This document shows, in pieces, positions 39,001 through 47,436 of a DNA stretch of 64,000 nucleotides. The DNA is from Desulfatiglandales bacterium (lineage in GTDB: Bacteria; Desulfobacterota; DSM-4660; Desulfatiglandales; Desulfatiglandaceae). Within the stretch, counting starts at the first letter, position 1. Each line of letters opens with the position of its first letter. The DNA lies in the NCBI GenBank assembly GCA_963662465.1, contig OY759599.1, forward strand, positions 5,664,001-5,728,000. Reading direction: 5' to 3'. Both the position numbers and the translations under genes were made by a program. A model generated the notes under the pieces. The model searched no databases. It had not been told where the DNA came from and saw nothing but the letters and a program-made list of their open reading frames with translations.

Positions 39001-39605
39001 TAGGGTTGAGTTTCGGACTCAAGGATATCTTTGCCAATTTCGTATCGGGCATCATCATTTTATTTGAACGGCCCATCCGCTTGGGAGATACAGTCACGGT
39101 GGCAGGCGCCACGGGCAATGTTTCCCGTATCCGCATCCGTTCCACCACCATCACAGATTGGGATCGCCGGGAGTTGATTGTCCCCAACCAGGCCTTTCTT
39201 TCCGAGAAGATCACCAACTGGTCCTTGTCGGACCGGATCAGGCGCGTGGTCATCGATGTGGGCATCGGTTACGGTTCGGACGCTAAAAAAGCCGATGCAT
39301 TGTTGCTGAAGATTGCCGGAGAAAACAAGCTGGTCTTGGACAACCCGGGCCCCAGTGTATATTTTGAAGGCTTTGGCGCCGACTCCCTGGATTTCAAGCT
39401 GCGGGTTTTTGTGTTGCTTTCAGATGCCATTAAAGTGCAGAACCAGATTCGACACGAAATCAATCAGATCTTCCAGGAAGAAGGCATCGAGATCCCCTTT
39501 GCCCAGCGGGACAACCATCTGGATACGAGCGGCGGCCCCCTGGATATTCGCCTGGTGAATGATCGCGTAGGGGCGGCTCCCCGTGGCCGCCCTGATAACG
39601 GGTAA
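36096..39605 (+). CDS. MscK/KefA-like mechanosensitive channel
   Basis: Signal, long coiled coil, multi-TM region, then VGLSFGLKDIFANFVSGIIILFERPIRLGD, IRIRST, ELIVPN, GIEIPFAQ. Confidence 0.92.
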   Translation: MSMFCFSFHGNRQKTRILFVLLMLMLFFLTGNPAECGPAEAPSHKKTVSDPGDAVPELTVEALKERIRIANQAPMSPESKQRIISFYQKAIDSLKRREKALEDMSQYAQALEDLPQPADLPKGKIKPVRAAAVEERAKAMALGEIEGEIANLQIQLAEAQTQLELKQAKLQDVLKQPNQLRQGIAQYEYSLAELQAKLARPKPNDESPRLIRARRTSLRAQQAALEAQLKAADREVALAQRELVVTQNQQALISRKVNRLEALIKTWESVRERRQGDLAYIEFRQAQESLREMGANDWPKEGDFLRKMGDGNLDLSKTLIDLDTREQEAEKTAKLLEIRANQTQKDFELTQRRITMMGLTRRAGLWLQSRRETLRKSRADTKVALQRRNEILRVNLANDELIQERQDYLVLKNNIYEQLDKLESSLTPKQNEALNMQAFLLLESRRKLLEETGGSYNNYLKQLNAQEIAQKKIDHLSGEYRDFINQRLLWTQSADLISLSDVKGSEPVLRWMIDPANWGKFLGDLGLSMGSQPAVWGLLALGLLVLMLFRPRITRNIMAHEGKASTDGMAGTLALISLKLIKTAGIPFVLYLAALHLWTLPMGNYFTRSVCAGLAITLEAYIFLRFLVQLCKENGMGQTYFSWDRPVCAMLVRSARTLLVLSLPALFFVVMIQNGPQAQGFRGSLGRILFLFSMIPVLLVFWRALRKSGPLAQTIRRGRPDGWLAKYLPLWSAIILLCPVALMILPIVGYYFTAFELGSSLAETGWLILVLVIADALMRRGLRLAQIKLALKKAEIAREEAARKALESGDDPEESIQAKPMASASTLEMEEINEQTSLLIRSVVIVAGLVGAWLIWEDVFPAFRFLENVLLWSREVGVDKAGTPIMESITLLNLITALLIFTGTYIAVKTGTALLEILMARSSNIDAGSQQSFGLIGQYAIFMVGLFAGLNALGIGWKQFQWLAAAMTVGLSFGLKDIFANFVSGIIILFERPIRLGDTVTVAGATGNVSRIRIRSTTITDWDRRELIVPNQAFLSEKITNWSLSDRIRRVVIDVGIGYGSDAKKADALLLKIAGENKLVLDNPGPSVYFEGFGADSLDFKLRVFVLLSDAIKVQNQIRHEINQIFQEEGIEIPFAQRDNHLDTSGGPLDIRLVNDRVGAAPRGRPDNG

Positions 39606-39640
39606 ACGGATAAATAGGCAACCACGGGGGTTGCCCCTAC
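39567..39640. repeat. Inverted GTAG-type REP pair overlapping the channel gene end
   Basis: GTAGGGGCGGCTCCCCGTGGCCGCCC ... GGCAACCACGGGGGTTGCCCCTAC. Confidence 0.85.
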
Positions 39641-39660
39641 ATTATTTCGGGTATTTTAAC

Positions 39661-40323
39661 ATGAAAAACATATGGATCATCGGGGTCGGTCGTTTCGGGC
39701 GCATGGCGGCGGATCGGTTAACCGGAAAAACCAAAAACCTATCCCTTGTGATGGTGGACCCCGAAGAAGAAAAACTTCATGCAGCCCAAGGTCCGGGAAG
39801 AACCCTCGTCAAGGCCGATGGCGTCGGCTACCTCTTTGAGCATCTTCGGCCTGAAGGGGAACCGCTTCCCGACTGGATCATTCCAGCGGTGCCGGTTCAT
39901 CTGGCGGCGGAGTGGCAATTACTGAGACAGGGTCCTGAAAAACTGCAGCGGATTCCCGTTCCCGCTGAAGTTGACCCCCTTCTGCCCCATCCCCTGCGGG
40001 GTGAAAACGGGGATGTCTATGTGAGCCATGCGGATTTTCTCTGCCCGGACAATTGCCCGGAACCCCGCGATATCTGCACCTTCACCGGGAAACCGCGAAA
40101 ACAGAATATGTTTGAGGTTTTAACCGAAATCCCGTTTCCCCCATGGGAAAATCTGGTGATCCGCAGCCATCAACTGGGGCCCGGCATCGGCGGGTATCGG
40201 CCCCAACAGCTTTTTGACCTGGCGGCCCAGGTTGAAAAAACCCATGGTCCCATCCTGTTGAGTACGGCCTGCCGCTGCCACGGGGTTATGACGGGCCTTC
40301 AAACCGGTTCCGGGTCCGCCTGA
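39661..40323 (+). CDS. Hypothetical protein with N-terminal Rossmann motif and Cys cluster
   Basis: IWIIGVGRFG; CPDNCPEP..IC; STACRCHG. Confidence 0.7.
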   Translation: MKNIWIIGVGRFGRMAADRLTGKTKNLSLVMVDPEEEKLHAAQGPGRTLVKADGVGYLFEHLRPEGEPLPDWIIPAVPVHLAAEWQLLRQGPEKLQRIPVPAEVDPLLPHPLRGENGDVYVSHADFLCPDNCPEPRDICTFTGKPRKQNMFEVLTEIPFPPWENLVIRSHQLGPGIGGYRPQQLFDLAAQVEKTHGPILLSTACRCHGVMTGLQTGSGSA

Positions 40324-40499
40324 AATTACGCTGAAAGCACTCTTTGCCGCAATGGCGGTCACCACACTCCGCGGGACAGATGAACCCGTTGACTAAAATT
40401 GACTTGGGGACCATATTTGCATCCTTCTATCTTCAACATGCAACAATTGCAAATAGATTCGTGTACTGTTTGTAAAACTGATATTTTCAGGGGGAAAAC

Positions 40500-40838
40500 A
40501 TGTCTCATACTAAGCATCATTCACGTGATGAAGACTATCTTCGAGGCAGCGACAGTCTGCCTGCGGTAAACGGTGGGTATATAACCGTTTATTTAGAAGA
40601 TGCTGAACTTTACATTGCCAGCGTTCCATCCTTCAATTTGATGGCGGAAAAACATCGCGATAGCGTCGTTGAAAATACAGAAGAATTTATGGATAAAGAT
40701 GAGAATGAATATGTAATAAATATATGGTCTTCGAATGTTGGCGTGGATTGGGATTTAGAAATCTATCCCAAAGATGAAAAAGCTCGTTTCGCCTTGCTCA
40801 AAAGAATCAGAATTGAATATGAATCCAATCCATATTAG
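40500..40838 (+). CDS. Hypothetical acidic protein (AT-rich)
   Basis: 112-aa ORF preceded by AGGGGG; no motif recognised. Confidence 0.55.
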   Translation: MSHTKHHSRDEDYLRGSDSLPAVNGGYITVYLEDAELYIASVPSFNLMAEKHRDSVVENTEEFMDKDENEYVINIWSSNVGVDWDLEIYPKDEKARFALLKRIRIEYESNPY

Positions 40839-40846
40839 GTGAACAT

Positions 40847-41092
40847 ATGAGCAATACCATATATTTTGAGGAATATACGCAGAACATAAAGCTGATAAGA
40901 GATTCTGAAAAAACGGATTACACGCTAAAGCTATTTTTCGCAAACGTTATTACGCTAATGGAAGTATATTTATCGAAAGCTCTTGTTTCAACAGTTCATG
41001 GCAATAGAGATCTGATTATAAAAGTTAATGTCATTGACGTCGTAACTGCTTTTTTGTCTGACATTGATGCAAAATTGTGGAGTTGGTTCTAA
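40847..41092 (+). pseudogene. Short AT-rich ORF, possibly a truncated HEPN-like gene
   Basis: AGGTGA RBS; LFFANVITLMEVYLS helix pattern; only 81 aa. Confidence 0.35.
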
Positions 41093-41148
41093 TTTCGCCC
41101 ACGGTTAGAAGGGGTTCAATACAAAAAAGTGATGCAAGCAGATATAAA

Positions 41149-41232
41149 GGGCGGACACATAGGTCCACCCCTACGAGCATATCGTGAATCAAAAGATGGG
41201 GGATGGGTAGAGGCAGACTTGTGCGTCTGCCC
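41149..41232. repeat. GTAG-type REP pair
   Basis: GGGCGGACACATAGGTCCACCCCTAC (near-identical to 12904-12929) and GTAGAGGCAGACTTGTGCGTCTGCCC. Confidence 0.85.
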
Positions 41233-41272
41233 GGTTCGATCCAGTGAGTTTAGTCTTTGGTCCCCCCATGCG

Positions 41273-44200
41273 TTAATCGTTCCAAAGCGTTTCCATGAGG
41301 GGCTCATAAAGCTTTTCGGCCAAGATTTCGAAACGGCCGTTTTCAGCCTGCCAAAGGGCGTCAAAATCCGGGTAACATCGTTTTAAATAGACCCCGTCCC
41401 TGTACCCCAGTTCTCCGGGAAAATGGTAGCCATCCCCCTCATAGGCTTTTCGGGCGGCCTCCCATGCCTTTTGCGGGGCGTCTTCGCCTTTGTTGGAAAT
41501 CAACGTTTTCAGATAAGTCAGGGCTGTTTTTGCCGTCACGGGAAGGGGTTGTGAAAGCCCATGCCACCAGGTCGTTATCATCTCGGCCAGCCATTCACCA
41601 GCCTTTCCCTGATCCAGGGGGGGCAATTGCGCCAGACCATCCGGCGCCACCAGGATACTGGTGAGCGTCAATCCCCCGGCACATCCCGCCAGGTGTTTGA
41701 CCCAGAGGCCCACCAGGCTATCCGGGCGTGAAACCCTGTTTTTAGCATCCAGGATATCTTTGGGATAAAATTCCCAGCGGGCATACTCGGCAGCCGTTGT
41801 TGCGGCGGATGTTCCAGGGCTCGCCCCCCGTAAACCGTCCAGCCAGTCTTCCAGCATTTCGCAGTCGCACCCTTCGATGCCAATGGGAATACCAATTTCC
41901 AAAGGGGAACAGGGATGGAGATAACGCGCCGCCAGACCGTGATAATGTTCCAGCATGCGAAGGACCGGTTCCGTGAGTTTTTCCGCTGACAATTGCCCGA
42001 AACCGCCCGGCGGCAATTCTCCGGTGCGCTGTAGCCGCCGGGCTGCCCGGTGAACAGCTTCGGCACTTTCGGATGCGCGGACCGCCAGACCAGCGTTCAA
42101 TAATATGTTCCCAAGGTTAAAGGGCGCGAGCCCATCCAGGGCAAAGGGTTCCCGGTTGTGGGAAACGACGCCGGTGTCGTCAAAGTAAACGTTCAGTCGC
42201 TCATTAAAAAAGCCTTTTACCGGATTTTTCAAAAACCGGATCAATGGGGTCAACGCCAGACGGCTCTCCACACGGGCCGGTGAAAGGCTGCCCTGATCCG
42301 GCGTGTGATCTCGCGATGCCAACATTTCCCGCCATTCCCGGGCATATGTGAACAAATCCCGGGGGCCACCGGGCAGAAAATAGGCCTTGCTAAAGGGCTG
42401 CAGGGGGTGCGGGCAAGTCAGCTGATCCAGCAGATCCCGAGTGTCGCCCGTCGCATTCCCGCCCGGGGGGATATCCTCAACCTCCCAGCCGCCCGCCAGA
42501 TAATCTCGCAACTGAGACACCAGCACCGAAGGCATCCGCTCACTGTTGTCCGTCACATTACGTGCGATGTAACTGATATAGAGTTTTTCGCGTGCCGACA
42601 GCAGCGCCTCCAGAAACAGGTATCGGTCGTCTTCCCGGTAGGAACGGTCTCCCGGTCGGTAACGACCGGAAGCGGCCATCAAATCGAAATCCATTGGATG
42701 AATGCTGCGGGGGTATTCTCCATCGTTCATCCCCAGAAGACAGACTACTTTAAAGGGAATGGCCCGCATGGGCATGAGGGTGCAGAAATTGACCATGCCC
42801 GCCAGAAAACGCTGTGACAGGCTCCCATCCTTCATGGCGCCCAGCACAACATCGCGCACCACCGGCAGGGTCAGGGGGGCTTCCAGTCCGGCATCAGTAC
42901 AGGCCCTTTCCCAGGCTTCCAGGACCGTGTCCAGAAGGCGCCGAGTCAGTTGATCGTCGCGGGTGGTAGGCAGAAAAAAATCGGTCATTAAGGCCGCCAT
43001 ACGCGCAATCCAGTCCTTTGGGGGAGCGGGTTTGCCGAGGGTCTGCCGGTATTTTTCCAAACGATCAAGGATCGTGTGCAAAGAGCCCACAAGAGCGGCT
43101 TCCAGCCCTCCCACTTCGTCATAGGGTTCAATGTCCCGCCAGGGTTCGCCCGACCCCACGGCATATCCCAGCAACATGCGTTTCAAACCGAAGGCCCAGG
43201 TGTTTTGCCCAAAGCCGGGCGGTAAATCAAAGACCGTCCGTTGCCGTTCATCGAGCCCCCAGCGGATGCCCGCGCCGTCGATCCACCGTTGTAATTGGCG
43301 CACATCATTTTCCCCAAGGCCGAAGCGGTCGCGAAAAGCGGGCGCTTGCAGGAAATCCAGCAGATCACTTTGCGTCATGCGCGAGCCAGGCAGTTGGAGC
43401 AGCTTCTCCAAGGCCTGCAGCATGGGAAGACCGGCCCGGTCCGGCCTGTCGGCGATGGTGAAGGGAATAAACCGTGAATCCTGCCGAGGGACATTTCCGA
43501 AAACGGATTCGATATGCGGCGTGTAGGCATTCACGTCAGGGGCCATGACGATAAGGTCTTTGGGCTTTAGCCCTTTGTTTCGGTTGAAGAGGTCCAGCAG
43601 TTGGTCCCGCAGAATTTCCACTTCCCGTTGACGGCTGTAGGCCAGCTGAAAGCTGATGGAGCGATCATTAGGGGATATTTTCGCTTTGTTTTGGCCGACG
43701 CCGGGCAGCGGCTCTAATTCAAGGATCGCCTGCTGGACCTGCTGCAACAAAGACGCCTTGAGATCTTCCGTCACAAAATCGTTAAAAAGATCAATTTGGG
43801 CAAAGCTGTTCCGGTACGACTCGGGCTGATCATATCCATACAACAGACCGATATAGTCCCGTCCCTGTTTTCCCCAGGAGGCCAGCAACGGATTGACATG
43901 CTGGTGCAGAGATTCCGGACTCATGTCTTTTAGAATGGGGCCTTTGCCGGCATGGCGCGCCTGTTCGATGCGCAGCAGGTCTCGGTCTTCAATGATGTCG
44001 GCCCAGTAATACCGGCAGGGGTTGTGAACAAAAAAAAGAACCTGGCTGTGTCGGGAGAGGGCATGCAATGCTTCCAGGGCCTGTTTCGGCAGGGTGCTGA
44101 TGCCGAAAACCATCACGCGGCGGGGCAGGGAACCCGGCCGTTTTGAAAGGACGCGGGCAGATGCCAGAAAGCGTCGATGTAAACTGGAACGGCTGGTATC

Positions 44201-44809
44201 TCTTTCAGATGCGGGGACATCGGACTGGATCCGGCGCCACAATTCCGCCTGCCAGCCTTGCCCCGGCGGCAGGGGGTCCGGTTTTCCATAAACAGTTTGA
44301 AGCTGGTCCCGGCCGAGGGTCCAATCCTCCAGCCAGTCGGCCCTGTACACTTGATACTGGTCATACAGGTCCGCCAGGCGGCAGGCCAACTGGTATTGTT
44401 TGCGCAAATCAGGATCATCGGACAAAAATCGGGCAAGGGGCGAAAAACCGTTTTCCGCGGGTAACAGGGGCAGCAACCGCATCAACCGCCATTTCAGCCG
44501 CTCTTTGTCATAGGGGGATTCCAACGGAATAGCATTGTCTCCCAGAACCGCCCGATAGGCCTTCCATAGAAAGCGCGCGGGCAGCTCGAAAGACACGGCC
44601 GCACTGATGCCGCACCCCTCATTTTCAGCCAGCGCCAGCTTGAGCCATTGGGCCATGCCGTTGCTCTGTACAATAAACGTTTCGTTTTCAAGGGGCGCAA
44701 GGGGATGTTTGCAGACCCATGAAACGGCAATTTTTCGCAAATCTTCCATACGATTGGAATGGATGACGGTAAAGCCGGGCGGCAATTCCGTTTCTTTTCG
44801 ATCAATCAT
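41273..44809 (-). CDS. recC: Exodeoxyribonuclease V gamma subunit
   Basis: HSNRMEDL, VQSNGMAQWLK, LADLYDQYQVYR.DW, NPCRYYW.DI, NPLLASWGKQGRD, CTLMPMRAIPFKVVCLLGMNDG, DDRYLFLEALLSAR, HPLQPFS. Confidence 0.96.
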   Translation of the reverse strand: MIDRKETELPPGFTVIHSNRMEDLRKIAVSWVCKHPLAPLENETFIVQSNGMAQWLKLALAENEGCGISAAVSFELPARFLWKAYRAVLGDNAIPLESPYDKERLKWRLMRLLPLLPAENGFSPLARFLSDDPDLRKQYQLACRLADLYDQYQVYRADWLEDWTLGRDQLQTVYGKPDPLPPGQGWQAELWRRIQSDVPASERDTSRSSLHRRFLASARVLSKRPGSLPRRVMVFGISTLPKQALEALHALSRHSQVLFFVHNPCRYYWADIIEDRDLLRIEQARHAGKGPILKDMSPESLHQHVNPLLASWGKQGRDYIGLLYGYDQPESYRNSFAQIDLFNDFVTEDLKASLLQQVQQAILELEPLPGVGQNKAKISPNDRSISFQLAYSRQREVEILRDQLLDLFNRNKGLKPKDLIVMAPDVNAYTPHIESVFGNVPRQDSRFIPFTIADRPDRAGLPMLQALEKLLQLPGSRMTQSDLLDFLQAPAFRDRFGLGENDVRQLQRWIDGAGIRWGLDERQRTVFDLPPGFGQNTWAFGLKRMLLGYAVGSGEPWRDIEPYDEVGGLEAALVGSLHTILDRLEKYRQTLGKPAPPKDWIARMAALMTDFFLPTTRDDQLTRRLLDTVLEAWERACTDAGLEAPLTLPVVRDVVLGAMKDGSLSQRFLAGMVNFCTLMPMRAIPFKVVCLLGMNDGEYPRSIHPMDFDLMAASGRYRPGDRSYREDDRYLFLEALLSAREKLYISYIARNVTDNSERMPSVLVSQLRDYLAGGWEVEDIPPGGNATGDTRDLLDQLTCPHPLQPFSKAYFLPGGPRDLFTYAREWREMLASRDHTPDQGSLSPARVESRLALTPLIRFLKNPVKGFFNERLNVYFDDTGVVSHNREPFALDGLAPFNLGNILLNAGLAVRASESAEAVHRAARRLQRTGELPPGGFGQLSAEKLTEPVLRMLEHYHGLAARYLHPCSPLEIGIPIGIEGCDCEMLEDWLDGLRGASPGTSAATTAAEYARWEFYPKDILDAKNRVSRPDSLVGLWVKHLAGCAGGLTLTSILVAPDGLAQLPPLDQGKAGEWLAEMITTWWHGLSQPLPVTAKTALTYLKTLISNKGEDAPQKAWEAARKAYEGDGYHFPGELGYRDGVYLKRCYPDFDALWQAENGRFEILAEKLYEPLMETLWND

Positions 44810-44999
44810 GGCGGGGATTTTCTCCCAGTGGGTTTTGTGGGAACCATTTTGCCTCGTCTGAATTTCTAAAACCGTGACGGCTTACTTTCAGATTATTTAT
44901 GCTTTTATGCTCAAAAAGGGAAAGAAAAAGTTGTGAAATTCATAAAACATTTTCCGTAAGCATTCAGGACCTGCCCCCTTAACCGACTCAGAATTCAGA

Positions 45000-45028
45000 T
45001 TGACAACACACCAGCGAAAACATACGCT
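45000..45028 (+). promoter_or_regulatory. Putative sigma70 promoter
   Basis: TTGACA-N17-TACGCT upstream of the 45100 CDS. Confidence 0.5.
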
Positions 45029-45099
45029 CATGTACATGCTTTTTCTGGAAGATATCCGGGAGGGGTATGTGTAAAAGCGGAGATACCCTGGAGTAAAGA

Positions 45100-46248
45100 A
45101 TGGACCAATGGAAAACATTCTGGGCCATTGTTGTGGATGTGTGGGAACATGGTCTTTACGGCATCGATATCGGACGGATTACCGTGGCCGTCTTCATTGT
45201 TCTCGGATTTCTAATCATTCGGCGTTTGTTTTCCCGAATTGTCGTTCAGAGGATCAGTCTGCTCACTCAAAAGACATCGACGCCTTTGGATGACAAGGCC
45301 CTGGCGGTTCTTCAAAAGCCTGCCGGTTTCATCCCTGTTGTGCTGGGGGTCTATTTTGCAACGGACTATCTCAATCTTTCGGGGGACCTGGAAATCTTTG
45401 CGGACCGGTCGATCCGTTCCCTCATCGTGTTTGTCATCTTCTGGAGCCTGGTCAGACTGCTCCAACCCCTGTCGGTATTGTTGCGGGGCCTGGAAAAGAT
45501 TTTATCCACGCCCATGGTGGATTGGCTCATCAAGACCGTCAACATTGCCTTCATCTTCATCGGCGGCGCCACAATTCTGGAGATCTGGGGAATCAGGATC
45601 GGTCCCATCATCGCGGGCTTCGGGCTCTTCGGGGTGGCCGTGGCGCTGGGGGCGCAGGATCTTTTCAAGAACCTCATCTCGGGAATCCTCGTCATCGGGG
45701 AGAAGCGGTTCCATCCCGGGGATTGGATTCGGGTTGACGGCGTGGTGGAGGGAACCGTGGAAACCATCGGGTTTCGGTCCACCGTGGTGCGCCGATTCGA
45801 CAAGGCCCCGGTCTTCGTGCCCAATTCCAAACTGGCGGACAATTCAGCCATCAATTTCTCCGCCATGACCCACCGGCGAATTTATTGGGTCATCGGGGTG
45901 GAATATCGAACCACCATCGACCAGCTCCGAACCATCCGGGACCAAATCGAAGCTTATATCCTTGAATCCGAAGCATTCGCCCATCCCCCCGAAGTTCCCA
46001 CCTTCGTTCGCATCGACCGTTTCGCAGATTCCGCCATCAACATCATGCTCTACTGCTTTACTCACACTACGGTCTGGGGAGAGTGGCTCGAACAGAAGGA
46101 ACAGCTTGCCTACCGGGTCAAGGAAATCGTCGAAGGCGCCGGGACGGGATTTGCCTTCCCCAGCCAATCCGTGTACGTGGAAGCGCTTCCGAACGACGGG
46201 CCTGAGGTCTTTGTGCCACCCGAAGAGATCAAGAAGGTTTTTTCATAG
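45100..46248 (+). CDS. MscS-family mechanosensitive channel (YnaI-like size)
   Basis: GVAVALGAQD..KN.ISG, F.PGDWI, GTVE.IGFRST, VPNS, FAFPSQ. Confidence 0.94.
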   Translation: MDQWKTFWAIVVDVWEHGLYGIDIGRITVAVFIVLGFLIIRRLFSRIVVQRISLLTQKTSTPLDDKALAVLQKPAGFIPVVLGVYFATDYLNLSGDLEIFADRSIRSLIVFVIFWSLVRLLQPLSVLLRGLEKILSTPMVDWLIKTVNIAFIFIGGATILEIWGIRIGPIIAGFGLFGVAVALGAQDLFKNLISGILVIGEKRFHPGDWIRVDGVVEGTVETIGFRSTVVRRFDKAPVFVPNSKLADNSAINFSAMTHRRIYWVIGVEYRTTIDQLRTIRDQIEAYILESEAFAHPPEVPTFVRIDRFADSAINIMLYCFTHTTVWGEWLEQKEQLAYRVKEIVEGAGTGFAFPSQSVYVEALPNDGPEVFVPPEEIKKVFS

Positions 46249-46345
46249 CGTTATAACTCAGCACCAGATAAGACATTTTCGCGAAAAGGGCTCTATCTTC
46301 AACAATCGCTGAACCCATACGACCGGACAGGCGTGATGCCCTTTC

Positions 46346-47317
46346 TTATGCAAACACCTGTAAATCCGCAAAACACTTGAGCCCACAGAGGGACCGAGTG
46401 TTTTTCACCGCGGCAATAACCGCCCTTTCCATGACCCGCGCCGCCAGAAAACCCACCACGCTGAGGTCTGCCAAAATGGTCCCGGTTGACATGGCAAAGA
46501 TGGTGTCGCCGTCATACATGGTGTGGGCCGGTCGAATGCTGCGAGCATAACCGTTTTGCGCCATGGAGGCCAGCTTGGTGGCTTCCGTTTTGGTGAATCG
46601 GGCGTTGGTGGCAATCACCCCAATGGTGGTATTGCCGCTGAAAACATTCTTTGGGTTGGAAAATGCCTTGAGCATAATGGCTTCCGTGTCCTCGATGGTT
46701 TGCAGGTCTTCCGACAGAGGACCAGCCAACCGCTCACCCGTTTCAGGGTCTATGACATGCCCCAAGCAGTTCACCGCAACGAGGGCGCCCACCTTCAGCG
46801 TTCCCTCCTGAAGGGCATAACTTCCCAGGCCCCCCTTCATGGCCCGCGCCATCCCATGAATTTTTCCCACGCAGGCACCGGCACCGGCCCCCACATTGCC
46901 CTGGTTCAACTGGCGGGTTTCGGCGTTTATACAGGCCTGGTATCCCATTTCCTTGCCGGGCCGAATTCTGTGATCCCCTAAGGCCAAGTCAAACAGTGCG
47001 GCCCCGCACACAACGGGCACCCGGGTCACCTGCACGTCAAAACCGATCTCCCTTTCCTCCAGGTACTGCATGACACCGGCAGCCGCGTCAAGACCGAAGG
47101 CGCTTCCCCCGGCCAGAAGAACGGCGTGCGCCTGCTGCACCAGATTGACCGGGTTCAACAGATCCGTCTCCCGGGTTCCCGGAGCCCCACCCCGCACATC
47201 CACACCCACGGCAGCGCCCTCTTTGCTGATCACGACGGTAACGCCGGTGGGACCCGTCAGGTTCTGGGCATGACCCACTTGCAGGCCTTCAATTTTTGTG
47301 AATTGGATTTCTTTCAT
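46346..47317 (-). CDS. P1/S58 family peptidase (DmpA-like)
   Basis: GVDVRGGAPGTRETDLL.P, LAGGSAFGL, GNVGAGAG, GNTTIGVIATN, PAHTMYDGD; likely start MKEIQF. Confidence 0.92.
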   Translation of the reverse strand: MKEIQFTKIEGLQVGHAQNLTGPTGVTVVISKEGAAVGVDVRGGAPGTRETDLLNPVNLVQQAHAVLLAGGSAFGLDAAAGVMQYLEEREIGFDVQVTRVPVVCGAALFDLALGDHRIRPGKEMGYQACINAETRQLNQGNVGAGAGACVGKIHGMARAMKGGLGSYALQEGTLKVGALVAVNCLGHVIDPETGERLAGPLSEDLQTIEDTEAIMLKAFSNPKNVFSGNTTIGVIATNARFTKTEATKLASMAQNGYARSIRPAHTMYDGDTIFAMSTGTILADLSVVGFLAARVMERAVIAAVKNTRSLCGLKCFADLQVFA

Positions 47318-47436
47318 GGCTGTTGGATATATCATGCCGAGAGCCTGTTGATCAAGAGAATTGCCCTCACTTAGGGTTGCCCTTGTGACATTTCGGCTCA
47401 CTGTGCTACAATGCTTCCAAAAACGACAGGGTGCTT

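Noticed and set aside
41087..41110. TTCTAAT...GTTAGAA as an attC site
   Set aside because: Far too short and lacks L boxes; could be chance
44930..44944. TTGTGAAATTCATAA as a Rex operator
   Set aside because: Half-site spacing does not match TTGTGAA-N4-TTCACAA
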